DNA of 64,000 bases from Naegleria gruberi (Eukaryota), in the NCBI GenBank assembly GCA_000004985.1, contig GG738902.1. One strand, given 5' to 3'. The notes under the pieces were generated by a model. The model searched no databases. It was not told the DNA's origin and saw only the letters and a list, made by a program, of their open reading frames with translations. How positions within the stretch are numbered: position 1 is the first letter of the stretch; each line of letters opens with the position of its first letter. The position numbers and the translations under genes were made by a program. This document shows positions 10,673-21,909 of this stretch, piece by piece.

Positions 10673-11910
10673 TTATCTTTTAATGGGCGGGCGTGTCTGT
10701 AAATCACTGATTGAATAATCCTGGAATATTTTCAACATGCGCTCTCTATTCATCAATTTTGTAGTGTGTGTAATTATTAAATCTCCTCTTTTACAAACGA
10801 ATTCGAATAGATCATCCCCAATATAATCCTCATGAATATAGTGAATGTAAAGAAGAATCTCAGGATACTTTGAAAAAAAGGGTGCAACTTCATAATATTC
10901 ATAACATGTACTCACTGAGACATCATACCGTAAAGTTAATTCCAAATATTTCAATCTTTCGGTTCTAGGAATATAGCGGATACACTTTGGTACAATTGAA
11001 AGAATTTGAGGTAGGAATGTAGCTTGTTCCTTGACAAAGCGAAATGTTGAGGGATCTCTTTTCACACAATTCATTACAATTTCCTGATAATTTTCAATGG
11101 CAGGATCAACATATTGGAGGGTGAGAGGATCCAACTCAAGTGCTGGTATTACAATTTCTGGATTCTTTTTGAAAGCTGCAGTCATAAATTGAAGATTGTG
11201 TGGCAGTTTTCTAATGGCCAATAGAGCCATTTCTAAATCAGATTTGAATTCAAAATAAATGTATCTGAATAAATGTGGATTAATTTCTAGAGCCATCTTG
11301 GTTAATTCTCTATCTTTTCTCAATTCCAATTTGATAAATGAAAAGGAAGCTGGATTTAATCTCATATTAATCAATGATTCTTTTACAATTTGCATATCCT
11401 GAAGAGATTCATCAAATTTTTCAAATGAAACTCCATAATTGAGCATTTCCATCATTAATTCTCTATCATTTCTATAAGAATGATTCGTTGGAAAATGATG
11501 TGCTTCCCTCTTTTTTTATCCAATTTCAGAATTTTCAAAAGATATTCAATCGATGAATCGTGACTCAAGGCATAAATTACAAATTCTCTCATTTTAAACA
11601 ATGATTCATCTAAAAGTTTTGCAATTTTTTGTGGATTTCCTTTTCCACTTTGAATTATTTGCATCATGAGTTCTTTATCTTTTCTAAAAGATTTTGGAAT
11701 TAGCTCAAGACATTCTGGATCAATTTCAAATGCCATTAACATTGATTCTCTTGTTTCTTTCCAATTATCTGGGAAATATGAAAATTTTGGATTGATTTGT
11801 TGTCCACTTTTGGCAGCCATCTTGCCTAATTCAAAATCCTTTTCCAAATTATTGACATTTGGCACATATCCATATTTGCTAGCCACCAATTCAAGAATTT
11901 CTCTATCCAT
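10673..11910 (-). CDS. DUF4116-repeat protein; reading frame broken once at a homopolymer (ORFs 11910..11455 and 11455..10673 are one gene)
   Basis: Both ORFs carry DUF4116-type repeats (FRKDKELMMQII, LRKDRELTKMALEINPHLFRYI, FKKNPEIVIPALELDPLTLQYV). The downstream frame is already open 60 nt upstream of its ATG. It reads KKREAHHFPTNHSYRNDRELMMEMLNYGVSFEKF, a complete repeat. One extra A in the A7 run (plus-strand T7, 11511-11517) fuses the two frames. Confidence 0.6.
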
Positions 11911-12248
11911 ACACCAATTAGACTCTTTAAATAATGAATACAGACAATCAGAATCTCTATTCGAAGAGAGTTTCTAATAGCTATTCTATGTTCGACCACG
12001 ACACTCAAGTATATCTTGAATTTCCATTTTTTTAGAACATTCAATCAATATTTCTTTATCAACACTGCGCAACCAACCAACTCTTTTCAAATACTCCCAA
12101 TAATTTGTTTCCTTTCTCAACTGGAACAAAAGCACGCTACATGATTAACAGATCGAAGTAAAAACTAGTTTGTTCGTTGCTTAGTTGGTTATTTTCACTT
12201 TTGTATTAAGACTAATATTTAATTGAATAGATTTCTTAATGAATGTTA

Positions 12249-12308
12249 GGGGATGTAGCTCACATGGTAGAGCGCTTCTTTAGCATGGAAGAGGTACGGG
12301 GATCGATC
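12249..12308 (+). pseudogene. Truncated tRNA-Ala(AGC) copy: 5' about 59 nt only, lacking the 3' T-stem strand and acceptor strand
   Basis: GGGGATGTAGCTCACATGGTAGAGCGCTTCTTTAGCATGGAAGAGGTACGGGGATCGAT is identical to nt 1-59 of the intact gene at 3357..3285. It then diverges into CTTTTTTGTACGC. The few bases upstream (GAATGTTA versus GAATGTAA) are also similar. Confidence 0.8.
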
Positions 12309-12314
12309 TTTTTT
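12309..12314 (+). terminator. T6 run immediately after the truncated tRNA copy (potential Pol III terminator)
   Basis: TTTTTT lies at 12309-12314, directly at the truncation point. Confidence 0.4.
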
Positions 12315-12785
12315 GTACGCTTCTATCTTTTTCAATGGAACAAGTTGAAATTACCTTCAATTATTTAAAATAGAATCTTTTTGTAGTATTATTTGAATAA
12401 CATTCTTAGCTAAGAACCATTAGATGACAAAAAACCAAAAACCGCCCAGCAAAACCGTTACACCATTATAAATGGTTTTTCAAAAAAAAACACCATCAAG
12501 AATTTATTCTCACCTGCAATGAAGTAACAACGACACACAGGTGCTAGTTTCAAATCCACATCAAATTACCTGTCTAGATGCCCTTTGCCAATTCTCTTTT
12601 ACCAAGAGCAAAGTGAAAGTCCCCAAAAGATGTTTCCACCATAATACAAAAACAAGTAACACATATTTTCATATATGAATAATATCTATTGCAAGATATT
12701 ATAATCACCATCAAACTATTTGACAAATAAAATTAGCCGGCTGGTTTGCCATCATAATATCCAAGTTGGATTTCAAACAACAAAA

Positions 12786-15700
12786 ATGTCCAAATTGCTT
12801 CTCCTACTATTACTTTCTCTTTTATTTGCAACAACAACAACACGAATAATCAGTGCCTACATCCTGCTACCACAACAATCAGCATCATCTTCACTTTATA
12901 ATAACCAAGATGATAATTCATCATCAACAACTATAATAACATCATCCTCATCATCATCAAATGTATTACTTTCTGCTACAGCAGCAGTGGTGGTGGAGAG
13001 GAATAAAACATTCTATATCAATGAAGCGAATGGCACACAAAGTGGTGATTGTTCCGAGCCTTCAAAAGCCTGCTCCTCCATCCTCTATTTAACTGGTTTG
13101 ATTTCACGATCGACCGATTATTTAACAAACAAGTTTTTAATCTATCTAATAGGAGATTGTATTAAATATGAACCAATAACATTCAGTACCATGACCTTGA
13201 CGAGTACTTTTATATTTCTCTCATACAATGATTCAAATAATACAAATAATAGTAGTGGCAGTACAGTTAATAGAGTGACATTGGCAAATAAGAGATGGTT
13301 AGCTCAATTTTCAAGTATGGGATTTGAAAATTTAATTGTGGACAAGATGGAAATATTTCCAGGAGATGGATTTTCATTTGTGAATTGTCTGGTTAGAGGG
13401 ATGAGTTTGAAGAGAGGATTTACTTGGATGATTGTGAAGAATACAGTGATTGAGGATTCAATTTTTGGAGATGATAGTGTCACGAGTTATATGAGGAATA
13501 AGGACGATAGACCAGTGATTGAAATTACACAGAGTAGAATTGTTCGTTCAAAGATGAATTTAGAATCAATTACTAATGTTATGAACTGTAATTTTACCGA
13601 ATCTAATATGACGATTAGCAATTCAGTATCTTCAACATTGCAGAATATTGCTGTTAACAATTCTAGAATTTTATTAAGAGTTGTCTTTTATATTAATGTG
13701 AATTATTTTGATTGCTCCAATAGTAGTTCATCATTTGCAATTGATGGAGCCAATGAGGTTAAAATTGTGAGGTTCAATTTTGAGAATTGTAATAATTATG
13801 GAGAAAGTACTCTCTTCTCTACTGTTAGGACTTTAAATATTGATCACATGAATTATATTAGAAATAAGGGTGCACTTACGTTTTTAGGAGTTTACCAAAC
13901 TAATATGGGATCATCTAATTTTATTGAGAATAGAAATGGTGCCATTCAAGTGGAAAATCATGGCGACTCACCAACATATTTTGTCGTGCAAGGTTCCAAG
14001 TTTTTGAGAAATAGCAGATTATCAAATGGTGGAGCTATTTATATGGATTCAGCTTTATCAAATTTCCATACCTATTCTAGTGTATTTGAAGATAATATGG
14101 CATTGAATGGAGGTGCTGTATATGTATTAGCATCCATTAGAAATACCTATACCAATACTGTTTTTAACAGAAATAAGGTTACAGACTGTGCTAAATGCGG
14201 TAATGGTGGAGCTCTTTATTCCAACACAAACTCTCTAGAGTGGAGATCCTCCAATTTTACAAATAATGTAGCCATTAAGGGAGGAGCTGTTTTTATTGAT
14301 AGAGTACCATCTATTACCTTTGAAACTCAGGATATTGTGTTTCAAAATAATGAAGCTCAATTTGGATCAGACTTTTTCTTTGAAAAGTATGAAGTTGACA
14401 AGTTCCCTGTTGATAAATATGCAAACTCTACTGCCAGCTCAATTATGAAGAGTTTCAAAGTACTCATGAATAATATTGAGATAGACTCAGGAAAGAACTT
14501 TGATGTCTATCCAGGTGAAACGATACAATTACAATATTCCTTTGAAGACATATTTGGAAATAGAATTGAATCTTCTCATAATCAACCTGTCATATCCTCT
14601 GATGCAAATATTACTCTATACACAGTTTTTACCTCAAATACGGACTTTAAGTTGCTCTTTGATTTGAATAATAAGGGAGAGATATCTACAACTGTTGAAT
14701 TGGTCATTGCCTATTCAGAATTTACTGTAATTAGTGAATTGCATCTCACCATTGCTCCATGTCCACAGTATCATCGTTTACAACAGGTCAATTTTAATGG
14801 ATACAAATGTGTCAAGCAAGATGTATTGCTTATTATCATTTCCTCTGTACTTTCATTTATTTCCCTGCTTATAATAATACCATTCATTTCATTCATTCTT
14901 TACAGGTTTGCACTCAAAAAGTTGTTTATATTCTACAAGAGAGAACGAGAGGAGAGAAGAATTGAAAAGCAATTGAAAGATTACCTCTTTAGAAATATTA
15001 ATGCCAATGATGAGAAACAAGGTCTCCTCAAATCTTTGACACATTCTAATATGATAATTCCAATCAGTGACATTCAAATTGTTTCCAAAATAGGAGAAGG
15101 ATCGAATGGTGTAGTATATTTGGGGCGATGGAAACAAACTGACGTTGCCCTCAAAAGTATCAAACATGATTCTACCGATATTGATATTGAAAATCAATTA
15201 GAAGAATTTGAACATGAAGCTTCCTTATTAGCAAGCTTACGTCATCCCAATGTCATTTCATTTTATGGTATTAGTTTCGGTCTCAATGTACAATACATGG
15301 TAGTTGAATATTCAGTTAATGGAAGTTTGGACAAGGCAATTCATCAATCCAAGATTAAGAAGAAGGTTCTCAGTTTTAGAGATAAGATTAATATTGTTCT
15401 TGGAATTTCAAAAGGTTTAAATTACTTGCATTCATTGAGACCACAAATGATTGTTCACAGGTATGTATTTGAATAGTCTTATTGAGATTAATACTGAAAT
15501 TATCAAATAATTTTAGAGATTTGAAACCTGGAAATATTCTATTGGATAGTAATTTTGAGCCAAAGGTAACAGATTTTGGAATGAGTCGATTTATTGGAAC
15601 TGAAAATTCATCCATGACCATGAATGTTGGTACATTACGATATTGTGCACCTGAGATATTCAACAATGACAAACACGATGCCAATCACATGGTCGATGTC

Positions 15701-16096
15701 TACTCATTCTCAATGATTATGTATGAATTATTATTTGAGGATGCTCCCTTCTCTGAAAATACTAAAAAGATGAAGAATAGAAGTTCAGGAATCTCTACAT
15801 CTGACTCCTCATCCGTAACAAGTGGAAGTGGTTCAAATAATATTAATGAAATGTACAGTATTCCAGTTCGAGTAGTGAGAGGAGAACGCCCAAGCATTCC
15901 CTTCTCGAATGAAAATGAATTGGAAATGTGGGCTGATGAGTTTATTACTGATAATGCCTCTCTAAACTACAAAGTACAAGCTCTTGAACAATATATTGAA
16001 TTGATGAAACAGTGTTGGGCTCAAGCTCCAAATCAAAGACCATCCTTTGGTCAAATTTCGGAAACCCTTTTGAATATTAGCATTTCTTTCAGATAA
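12786..16096 (+). CDS. Single-pass receptor protein kinase (TKL-like) with a Pmp/beta-helix-type repeat ectodomain; exons 12786..15460 and 15517..16096
   Basis: The ORF-track start at 12720 is TTG. ATG 12786 gives the signal peptide MSKLLLLLLLSLLFA. The ectodomain has repeated F-x-x-N ... GGA(I/V/L) motifs (NGGAIYMDS, NGGAVYVLAS, GNGGALYSNT, KGGAVFIDR). The TM helix is VLLIIISSVLSFISLLIIIPFISFILY. Kinase motifs are GEGSNGVVYLGRW..VALK, DFG and APE. Removing the 56-nt intron 15461..15516 (GTATGT...TTTTAG) restores IVHRDLKPGNILLD. Confidence 0.85.
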
Positions 16097-16428
16097 GCCA
16101 GCTACATGCCAACACAATCTCTCAATGATACAATCAAGCAAATTTTCTTCATAATTTATTGTAAATTATTGTAATCATTAAATTGTTTAGCACTGAGAAT
16201 CTTGTGGATACTTGGGAACGGTTTTCATGTTCCAAAACGAGACGCAAATAACAAAAACGCGAAAAAAAATAATTAGCGAAATTTGGGCGCGGATTTACTT
16301 TTCTTCAGCAAATTTCATCATCAGCACAAAGCAGCAAGCTTATCATCACCATCATCACGGAATAATTATCTTTTCTATTTATTTATTAATCTTCAATATC
16401 TAGATTTTATCTATTTGGAGAGAAGAGA

Positions 16429-17496
16429 ATGAACATTAGAATTCTTGTAACTACTTTAATATCATGTTTAGTAATCTTTCAAGCCACAATTTTATCGGTT
16501 GAGGCTTGTTCTTTCTTGTTGAAGGGAGAACAACAATGTACTCATTGGTCCTATCAGAAAGCTGCTATATGGCAACAGGAATGTCCATTCTCATCATGTG
16601 GAGGAAGATCACAATCACCCATTTCTATTTCACTCTATCAAACGACACTCTATGAGACCTATTTCATGAATGCCAAGGCACAGAGTTTGATCATGTATGA
16701 TTTCTCTACGGATGATAAGAGATTGATTGTGTTTAGGGGAATTGATAACTTTTTTCAACAATTTAGCTTTTCTGTCATTAATAATAATCATACTATTGTG
16801 ATGGAGAGTGTGAATGAGGAGTCAATTTCGATTGAGAGATCATTTTGGATTAGAAATAATACTTGGCAAACGTTTAATTCGATAACAGTGCCATATTATT
16901 TGAAACAATTTCACTTACATTCACCTTCTGAACATTTGGTCAATTCTGAGAGTTTTGATTTGGAGTTACATTTGGTTTTCCAAAGAAATGATCTTCCTTC
17001 AAATACAAGTGAAGCTCTAGTTCCAAAACTTGCTGTTGTTGGAATATTGTACAAGGTTCTTTTGGGAGCTATTGATAATCCACTTGTTGACATTGTCATT
17101 CAAAATGTTTTACAGAAACCAAGAGTTATTGGAAAGCCAATTCCAACCACTGTTACAGGAGGATTATTATTCGACCTAGTTACTGCACGTCAACAATTTG
17201 ATCCACTTTATTCATACTTTGTTTACAATGGAAGTTTAACAACTCCAAATTGTAATGAAAATGTCATGTGGAATTTGATTAATCCAAACATTATGAGTGG
17301 TGGTTATCATTACATTTCCTCCAGACAATTAACAACATTACAACAACTCATGAATCAAAATAAGCCACACATTGCAGAAGGTGCCAACTTGGGAAAAGTT
17401 CAAATTAACACTGGCTCTGCCTATATTGGAAATAATAGACCTTTACAACCTCTGAATGGTAGAACCATCATTAATATTGTAAAGAAATTACTGTAA
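16429..17496 (+). CDS. Secreted alpha-type carbonic anhydrase
   Basis: Signal peptide MNIRILVTTLISCLVIFQATILSVEA. Family motifs are GGRSQSPISI, QFHLHSPSEH...ELHLVF (all three zinc His positions present), YNGSLTTPNCNENVMWNL and NNRPLQPLNGRTI. Confidence 0.9.
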   Translation: MNIRILVTTLISCLVIFQATILSVEACSFLLKGEQQCTHWSYQKAAIWQQECPFSSCGGRSQSPISISLYQTTLYETYFMNAKAQSLIMYDFSTDDKRLIVFRGIDNFFQQFSFSVINNNHTIVMESVNEESISIERSFWIRNNTWQTFNSITVPYYLKQFHLHSPSEHLVNSESFDLELHLVFQRNDLPSNTSEALVPKLAVVGILYKVLLGAIDNPLVDIVIQNVLQKPRVIGKPIPTTVTGGLLFDLVTARQQFDPLYSYFVYNGSLTTPNCNENVMWNLINPNIMSGGYHYISSRQLTTLQQLMNQNKPHIAEGANLGKVQINTGSAYIGNNRPLQPLNGRTIINIVKKLL

Positions 17497-17768
17497 ATAA
17501 TTGTACAAAATAAAGATATAATTCCTATGAACAACCTCCTAAATAGAAAGATAAATTGAACATTCAATTTATTATTAATTGTAAAAATAGATCAAGAACC
17601 ACAATATGAAATTCTAGTACATAAAATATCGATTCAAACTCTGTGTGAATTCCATTCATGAATGAGGCATGTAGTGTAATTCTAACATCACGATCAGCTC
17701 ATTTATCTGAAGTGTTGGTGGCGTAACTCCACCCATGCCTTTTTATCTTTCGAATTCTTTTAAAAAAA

Positions 17769-18905
17769 ATGAACGATTTCAACAAGGTACTGACAGTTGT
17801 TTTCATATTGAATTGGTTACTTTTTATTGCATTTTGGAGGAGTTATGCCCCTAATCCACAAGAAAGTTATAACTTGGGTGTTGCCGATAATGAGGGGGTT
17901 GAAGTACCATCTGCACCATTTTATGCCAAAACTGAAGTAATTAGTCCAGAGAAAGTGGACGAAAGAAAAGAAAGTTCTGTAATTGTGAAAGGAGCTTCGG
18001 GATACAAGTGTATTTTGCCACCAACCGAAACTAACAAGCAATTTTTCGCTGTTGGTGAGAATTATTATAGTGGCAGTTCGGAAATGTTGAAATTTATTTG
18101 TGAATATTTAAAGAGACGAAACTTGGTGCAAGAAATTATTCCAAAATCAAGAAAGATGATGAAGAGATTAATATACGAAACTCATTTGATGGAAATGGTG
18201 GGATTGAGAGATGCAGTGATGAAAAGATATGCCAATTCCTTGATTGATAATCAGATATATTTTGGTGGACCACAAATCAAGAAAAATAGACGATTTGTTA
18301 TTCGAATCGGATTAATTCGAAAGGCAATTATCGAATATTGCAAAAGAAAACCGCCTTCTTTCATCAACAATTTGGATACACCACTCAGGGCTGCCTTATT
18401 TAATATTCGAAATGAATTAAGAGGGGATGCACTTTTTCTATTTATCAATTTACACGATCAACAGATATTGAGAGAAATTTCTAGAGAAATTGTTTCGAAT
18501 CTGCCACAATATCTTTCTAATATTGGAAATTCTTCAGATCTTTCAAAAATGATGAAGGAGAAATTAGCAGAAACAGTTTACAAAATGTTACAACGATATG
18601 GAAACAAAGAAATTAGTACTACAATCTCTCTTGAACTGGTAGCCTCAGTATTATCAGAAAACAAAAAACTTTTCAATAACTATGAAAATTGTTTCACCAA
18701 TCATTCAACCAGACCAATGCTTGGATGTTTTGGATTTATCAAGAACATGCCAAAACCACTTTACAATGCAATGATTAAGAAATTATTTGAGAGAAGTGGT
18801 GAAATCCGGATCCTTTGCCACAATCACCAAATAAGTGCAAACGCGAAAGAAAAGTTTGAAAAAATGTTTTCATTAAGATTGGATCGATTTCTGAAGAAAT
18901 TGTAA
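17769..18905 (+). CDS. Hypothetical protein with an N-terminal TM/signal anchor
   Basis: 378-codon ORF whose ATG follows an A8 run. No recognised domain. Confidence 0.5.
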   Translation: MNDFNKVLTVVFILNWLLFIAFWRSYAPNPQESYNLGVADNEGVEVPSAPFYAKTEVISPEKVDERKESSVIVKGASGYKCILPPTETNKQFFAVGENYYSGSSEMLKFICEYLKRRNLVQEIIPKSRKMMKRLIYETHLMEMVGLRDAVMKRYANSLIDNQIYFGGPQIKKNRRFVIRIGLIRKAIIEYCKRKPPSFINNLDTPLRAALFNIRNELRGDALFLFINLHDQQILREISREIVSNLPQYLSNIGNSSDLSKMMKEKLAETVYKMLQRYGNKEISTTISLELVASVLSENKKLFNNYENCFTNHSTRPMLGCFGFIKNMPKPLYNAMIKKLFERSGEIRILCHNHQISANAKEKFEKMFSLRLDRFLKKL

Positions 18906-19133
18906 ACTAAAGTTTTTTTAAACTATTCACAATAAAACTGATTCAATTGTAGCATTTGAACCAAATACAAGTAAAATGTTAGCTAACATTTGATAAGGTA
19001 GGTTCAATTGACTTTGAAACATTTGACAGTGCTTCCTTTTCGAATATCAAACAAGCAAATTATTATCAAATCACAGAACTTCACAATATAGAGGATTTTG
19101 CTGTTAATAATCAAAATTTGTATTGTACAATGG

Positions 19134-19970
19134 TTATTGAACAAATGGTTCAAAACCAAACTGAGTCATTCCCTTGTGCATAATATTTAATTCTATTGTC
19201 ACCTCTCCTCCAACACTTTCAGTCCTGGTTACCTCTCTTCCTTCACCTTTACAAACCATTGTCGAGTCGAAATATTCTGGGGCCACTCCCTTTACGGAAC
19301 CAATCCATTTCTGTATTAAGGATGTACTTTGAGGTTTAAACAGTTTAACTTTCAGACTGTGTTTTCCAGCTCCGATTGGTACTTGACACCATCCATATCC
19401 GATAATCTTTTGCTTTCCAGTTCCTTCTTGAACAACAAGACACAACTTTGGCCATCCATAAGGATTTGTACTTCTAAAACAAATCTCCAGAGGGAAATTC
19501 CAAATATACTTTGAGTTGAATCCTCTTGGCCTCATTGCAACCTGTGTCACACCACTTTCCAAGCTTACTCCTTCTCCAGTTGTTCTTGCAATTTCCCAAT
19601 CTTGCCCATAAACAAATTGAAAACTACACGAAATATTCATATTGCCAGGAAATTCTGCATGACTTATTACACCATTCACAATCACATAAAACGATGAAGT
19701 GGCATTATTATTTTGAACTGATGTATAATTATTATTCATGGTTGTATTATTGAGGGTGATATTTGTTGTATTCAAATTGATGCTATTCATCGGATCAAGA
19801 TTATTTACACTTGTTGATAAAATACTACTCGCTGAGGTTTCTATAATGTTGTTTGCTGCTTCAATATTTTCCGATATTATTGGCTGTTTATTTGGTCTGC
19901 CGAGCATACCTGCCGTACTTGGTCGTGAACTAACACCTGCTGGCTTTGAGCTTGATGGTCTATTGAGCAT
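19134..19970 (-). CDS. B9D1: B9 domain-containing protein 1 (ciliary transition-zone MKS module) with an N-terminal low-complexity extension of about 95 residues
   Basis: Strong collinear resemblance to B9D1: VNGVISHAEFPG...CSFQFVYGQDWE...WNFPLEICFRSTNPYGWPKLCLVV...GYGWCQVPIGAGKH...FKPQSTSLIQKWIG...PEYFDSTMVCKGEGREVTRTES. The ATG follows an A8 run. Confidence 0.85.
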   Translation of the reverse strand: MLNRPSSSKPAGVSSRPSTAGMLGRPNKQPIISENIEAANNIIETSASSILSTSVNNLDPMNSINLNTTNITLNNTTMNNNYTSVQNNNATSSFYVIVNGVISHAEFPGNMNISCSFQFVYGQDWEIARTTGEGVSLESGVTQVAMRPRGFNSKYIWNFPLEICFRSTNPYGWPKLCLVVQEGTGKQKIIGYGWCQVPIGAGKHSLKVKLFKPQSTSLIQKWIGSVKGVAPEYFDSTMVCKGEGREVTRTESVGGEVTIELNIMHKGMTQFGFEPFVQ

Positions 19971-20392
19971 TTTTTTTAAGGAATTGTTTGGATTTTGTGT
20001 AGATTTTTGGCGGGAAAGTCTAATAATACAACACTCCTCAAACGTTCTCAGATTCTAGTTTGAAGTAAATGGTTATACCTGTTTGTTTTACAGTCAGAAG
20101 ATTGGATTGTTTGAGAATAGTTGGGAAACATTGGATTCCATCTGCTGTGAAAGATTCTATAAAAGAAATTAAAGTATATCTTTCAAAAGACGAAGTAACT
20201 ATTTTAAGGGAAGGCGAGGTTTACCATTTGTCTAAATAATTATGACAAAGAATGTACGTTGGTTCATATGTACTAAAATGAGCATGCTTTGTGTTTTGAA
20301 AATTAGAACCAATTCCATCCAGTAAATAACAAGTTTGAAACTAAACATTGCAAACAGAGAAAAACAGTAAGGTTAATCCAAATCAAAAAAAA

Positions 20393-21763
20393 ATGTCCGA
20401 AAAACAACCTTCATCAAACTCTTCAAACAACAATAACACAAAGCATGATAGTAATAATAGTAATAATAATAACGACAATGGAATGACCAATAAGATTGGA
20501 CATAAACAATTCATCTTGGAAAAACCCATCGATACAATATTTACAACAAGTAATTCTTCATCAAGAAGTTTCATAACACCACTAACACCAGAACAACAGG
20601 AAAGGTTGAAAATGATCGATCCAAAGCAGGCTATGATGTTGTATTTTGTTACAAGTACATTCTTTTCACGTCTGTTTGCTCATCCATTGGACAGAATTTC
20701 AACCATTCTCCGAACACAACATGTTCTTCCAAATGCGTATGGTACAAGCTTTTATACAAATTTGCCAACAGCAGTATCTTCATCATTGGTACAACCACAG
20801 CAACAGGCTCCTTTTAGAGGTGCCATTGATGCTTTGAAAAAACTTCCAAAGGATAGAACATTGTGGAGAGGATTGGCTCCCGATGTTTATGGGTAGGTTC
20901 CATATAAACTATGGATTTTAATATTTGGATTAACATTTGGAAATTGGATTTTTATTAATCTGGAAATTTATTATTATGGATTTTTTAATATTTAATTAAA
21001 TCAATTTGGATTTATTAATATTTCGGAAAGTCGCTTATGTGCAAAAGTAGTGGAATTACAATTTGCAGATGAAATTAACAACTTTATTCAACCTTGGATG
21101 GGAACTCTTGTAGAACAAGATCCAAACGATCCAAGAAAGAAACTTTTAAATACAAAGGTGTTGGCTACCTCTGTAATATCTGGTGCTGTTGCATCCTTCC
21201 TTATTTCTTATCCATTCAGTGTTGTTTCAACAAGAATGCAATCCAATTTAATTCCACTCCATGAAGTGAAATATAATATGGATTGGCAAATGGTGAACAA
21301 GACCAACTTTTCCAATGTATGGCAATCATTTAAATCAATCTATCAATTTGAAGGAATAAGAGGATTCTATACTGGTTTATCAGCTGCTGTATCTGGTCTT
21401 GCTGTTTATAGAGGCATCTATTTTGCCTTATTCGATTCATTGAGACGATTGGGAATGAGTGACAATTATTCATTGAGTGAGAAATTCTTATATAGTCAAG
21501 GTTGTATATTCACTGCTGGTCTCAGTGCTTATCCTTTCCGTCTCATTGGTGATCGATTGAAAGCTCAAGCTGTCTTTAGAAAATTATACACGGAGGAGGA
21601 AACTCAGCTATTCTATAGAGGAACTTTGGATGCCATGAAAAAGATTTACCAACAAGAGGGAATTAGAGGATATTACAGAGGATTTGTTTTTTCATTGGGC
21701 ACAAGTTATGCAGGTGCCATCTTACTAAGCATGTTTGTTGCCCTTGGATCGAGACAATTTTAA
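20393..21763 (+). CDS. Mitochondrial carrier family (SLC25) protein; exons 20393..20892 and 21031..21763
   Basis: Three carrier repeats are present (HPLDRISTILRTQ; YPFSVVSTRMQS; YPFRLIGDRLKAQ; GIRGFYTG, GIRGYYRG). The ORF-track start at 20348 is TTG; ATG 20393 follows an A9 run. Donor GTAGGT is at 20893. Acceptor AG at 21029-21030 is the only nearby acceptor that keeps frame. It gives RGLAPDVYG-RLCAKVVELQFADEI (138-nt intron). The acceptor choice is the weakest part of the model. Confidence 0.75.
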
Positions 21764-21909
21764 CTGTCACCCTTTAGCAAATGTTCCACAAGATCAGTAG
21801 ATAAATAATAATTAATTGTACAAAACAAATTTCATGAATGGATCAACAACAATAACAGTACTGATTAAAATAGTATTAAGGTTAGCAAAAATTTTATTGA
21901 GGGAATAAC

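Noticed and set aside
11826-12044. The 72-codon ORF upstream of the DUF4116 gene as an extra 5' exon
   Set aside because: It overlaps the DUF4116 start in another frame and has no repeat motif. The only GT...AG pair that would link an upstream ATG (near 12030) in frame is 23 nt apart, far below any intron size seen here.
12249-12308. The truncated tRNA-Ala as one half of a split tRNA gene
   Set aside because: No complementary 3' half (…ACCCCGCATCTCCA) with a leader capable of pairing occurs elsewhere in the window. An intact identical gene exists 9 kb away. A pseudogene or rearrangement scar is more parsimonious.
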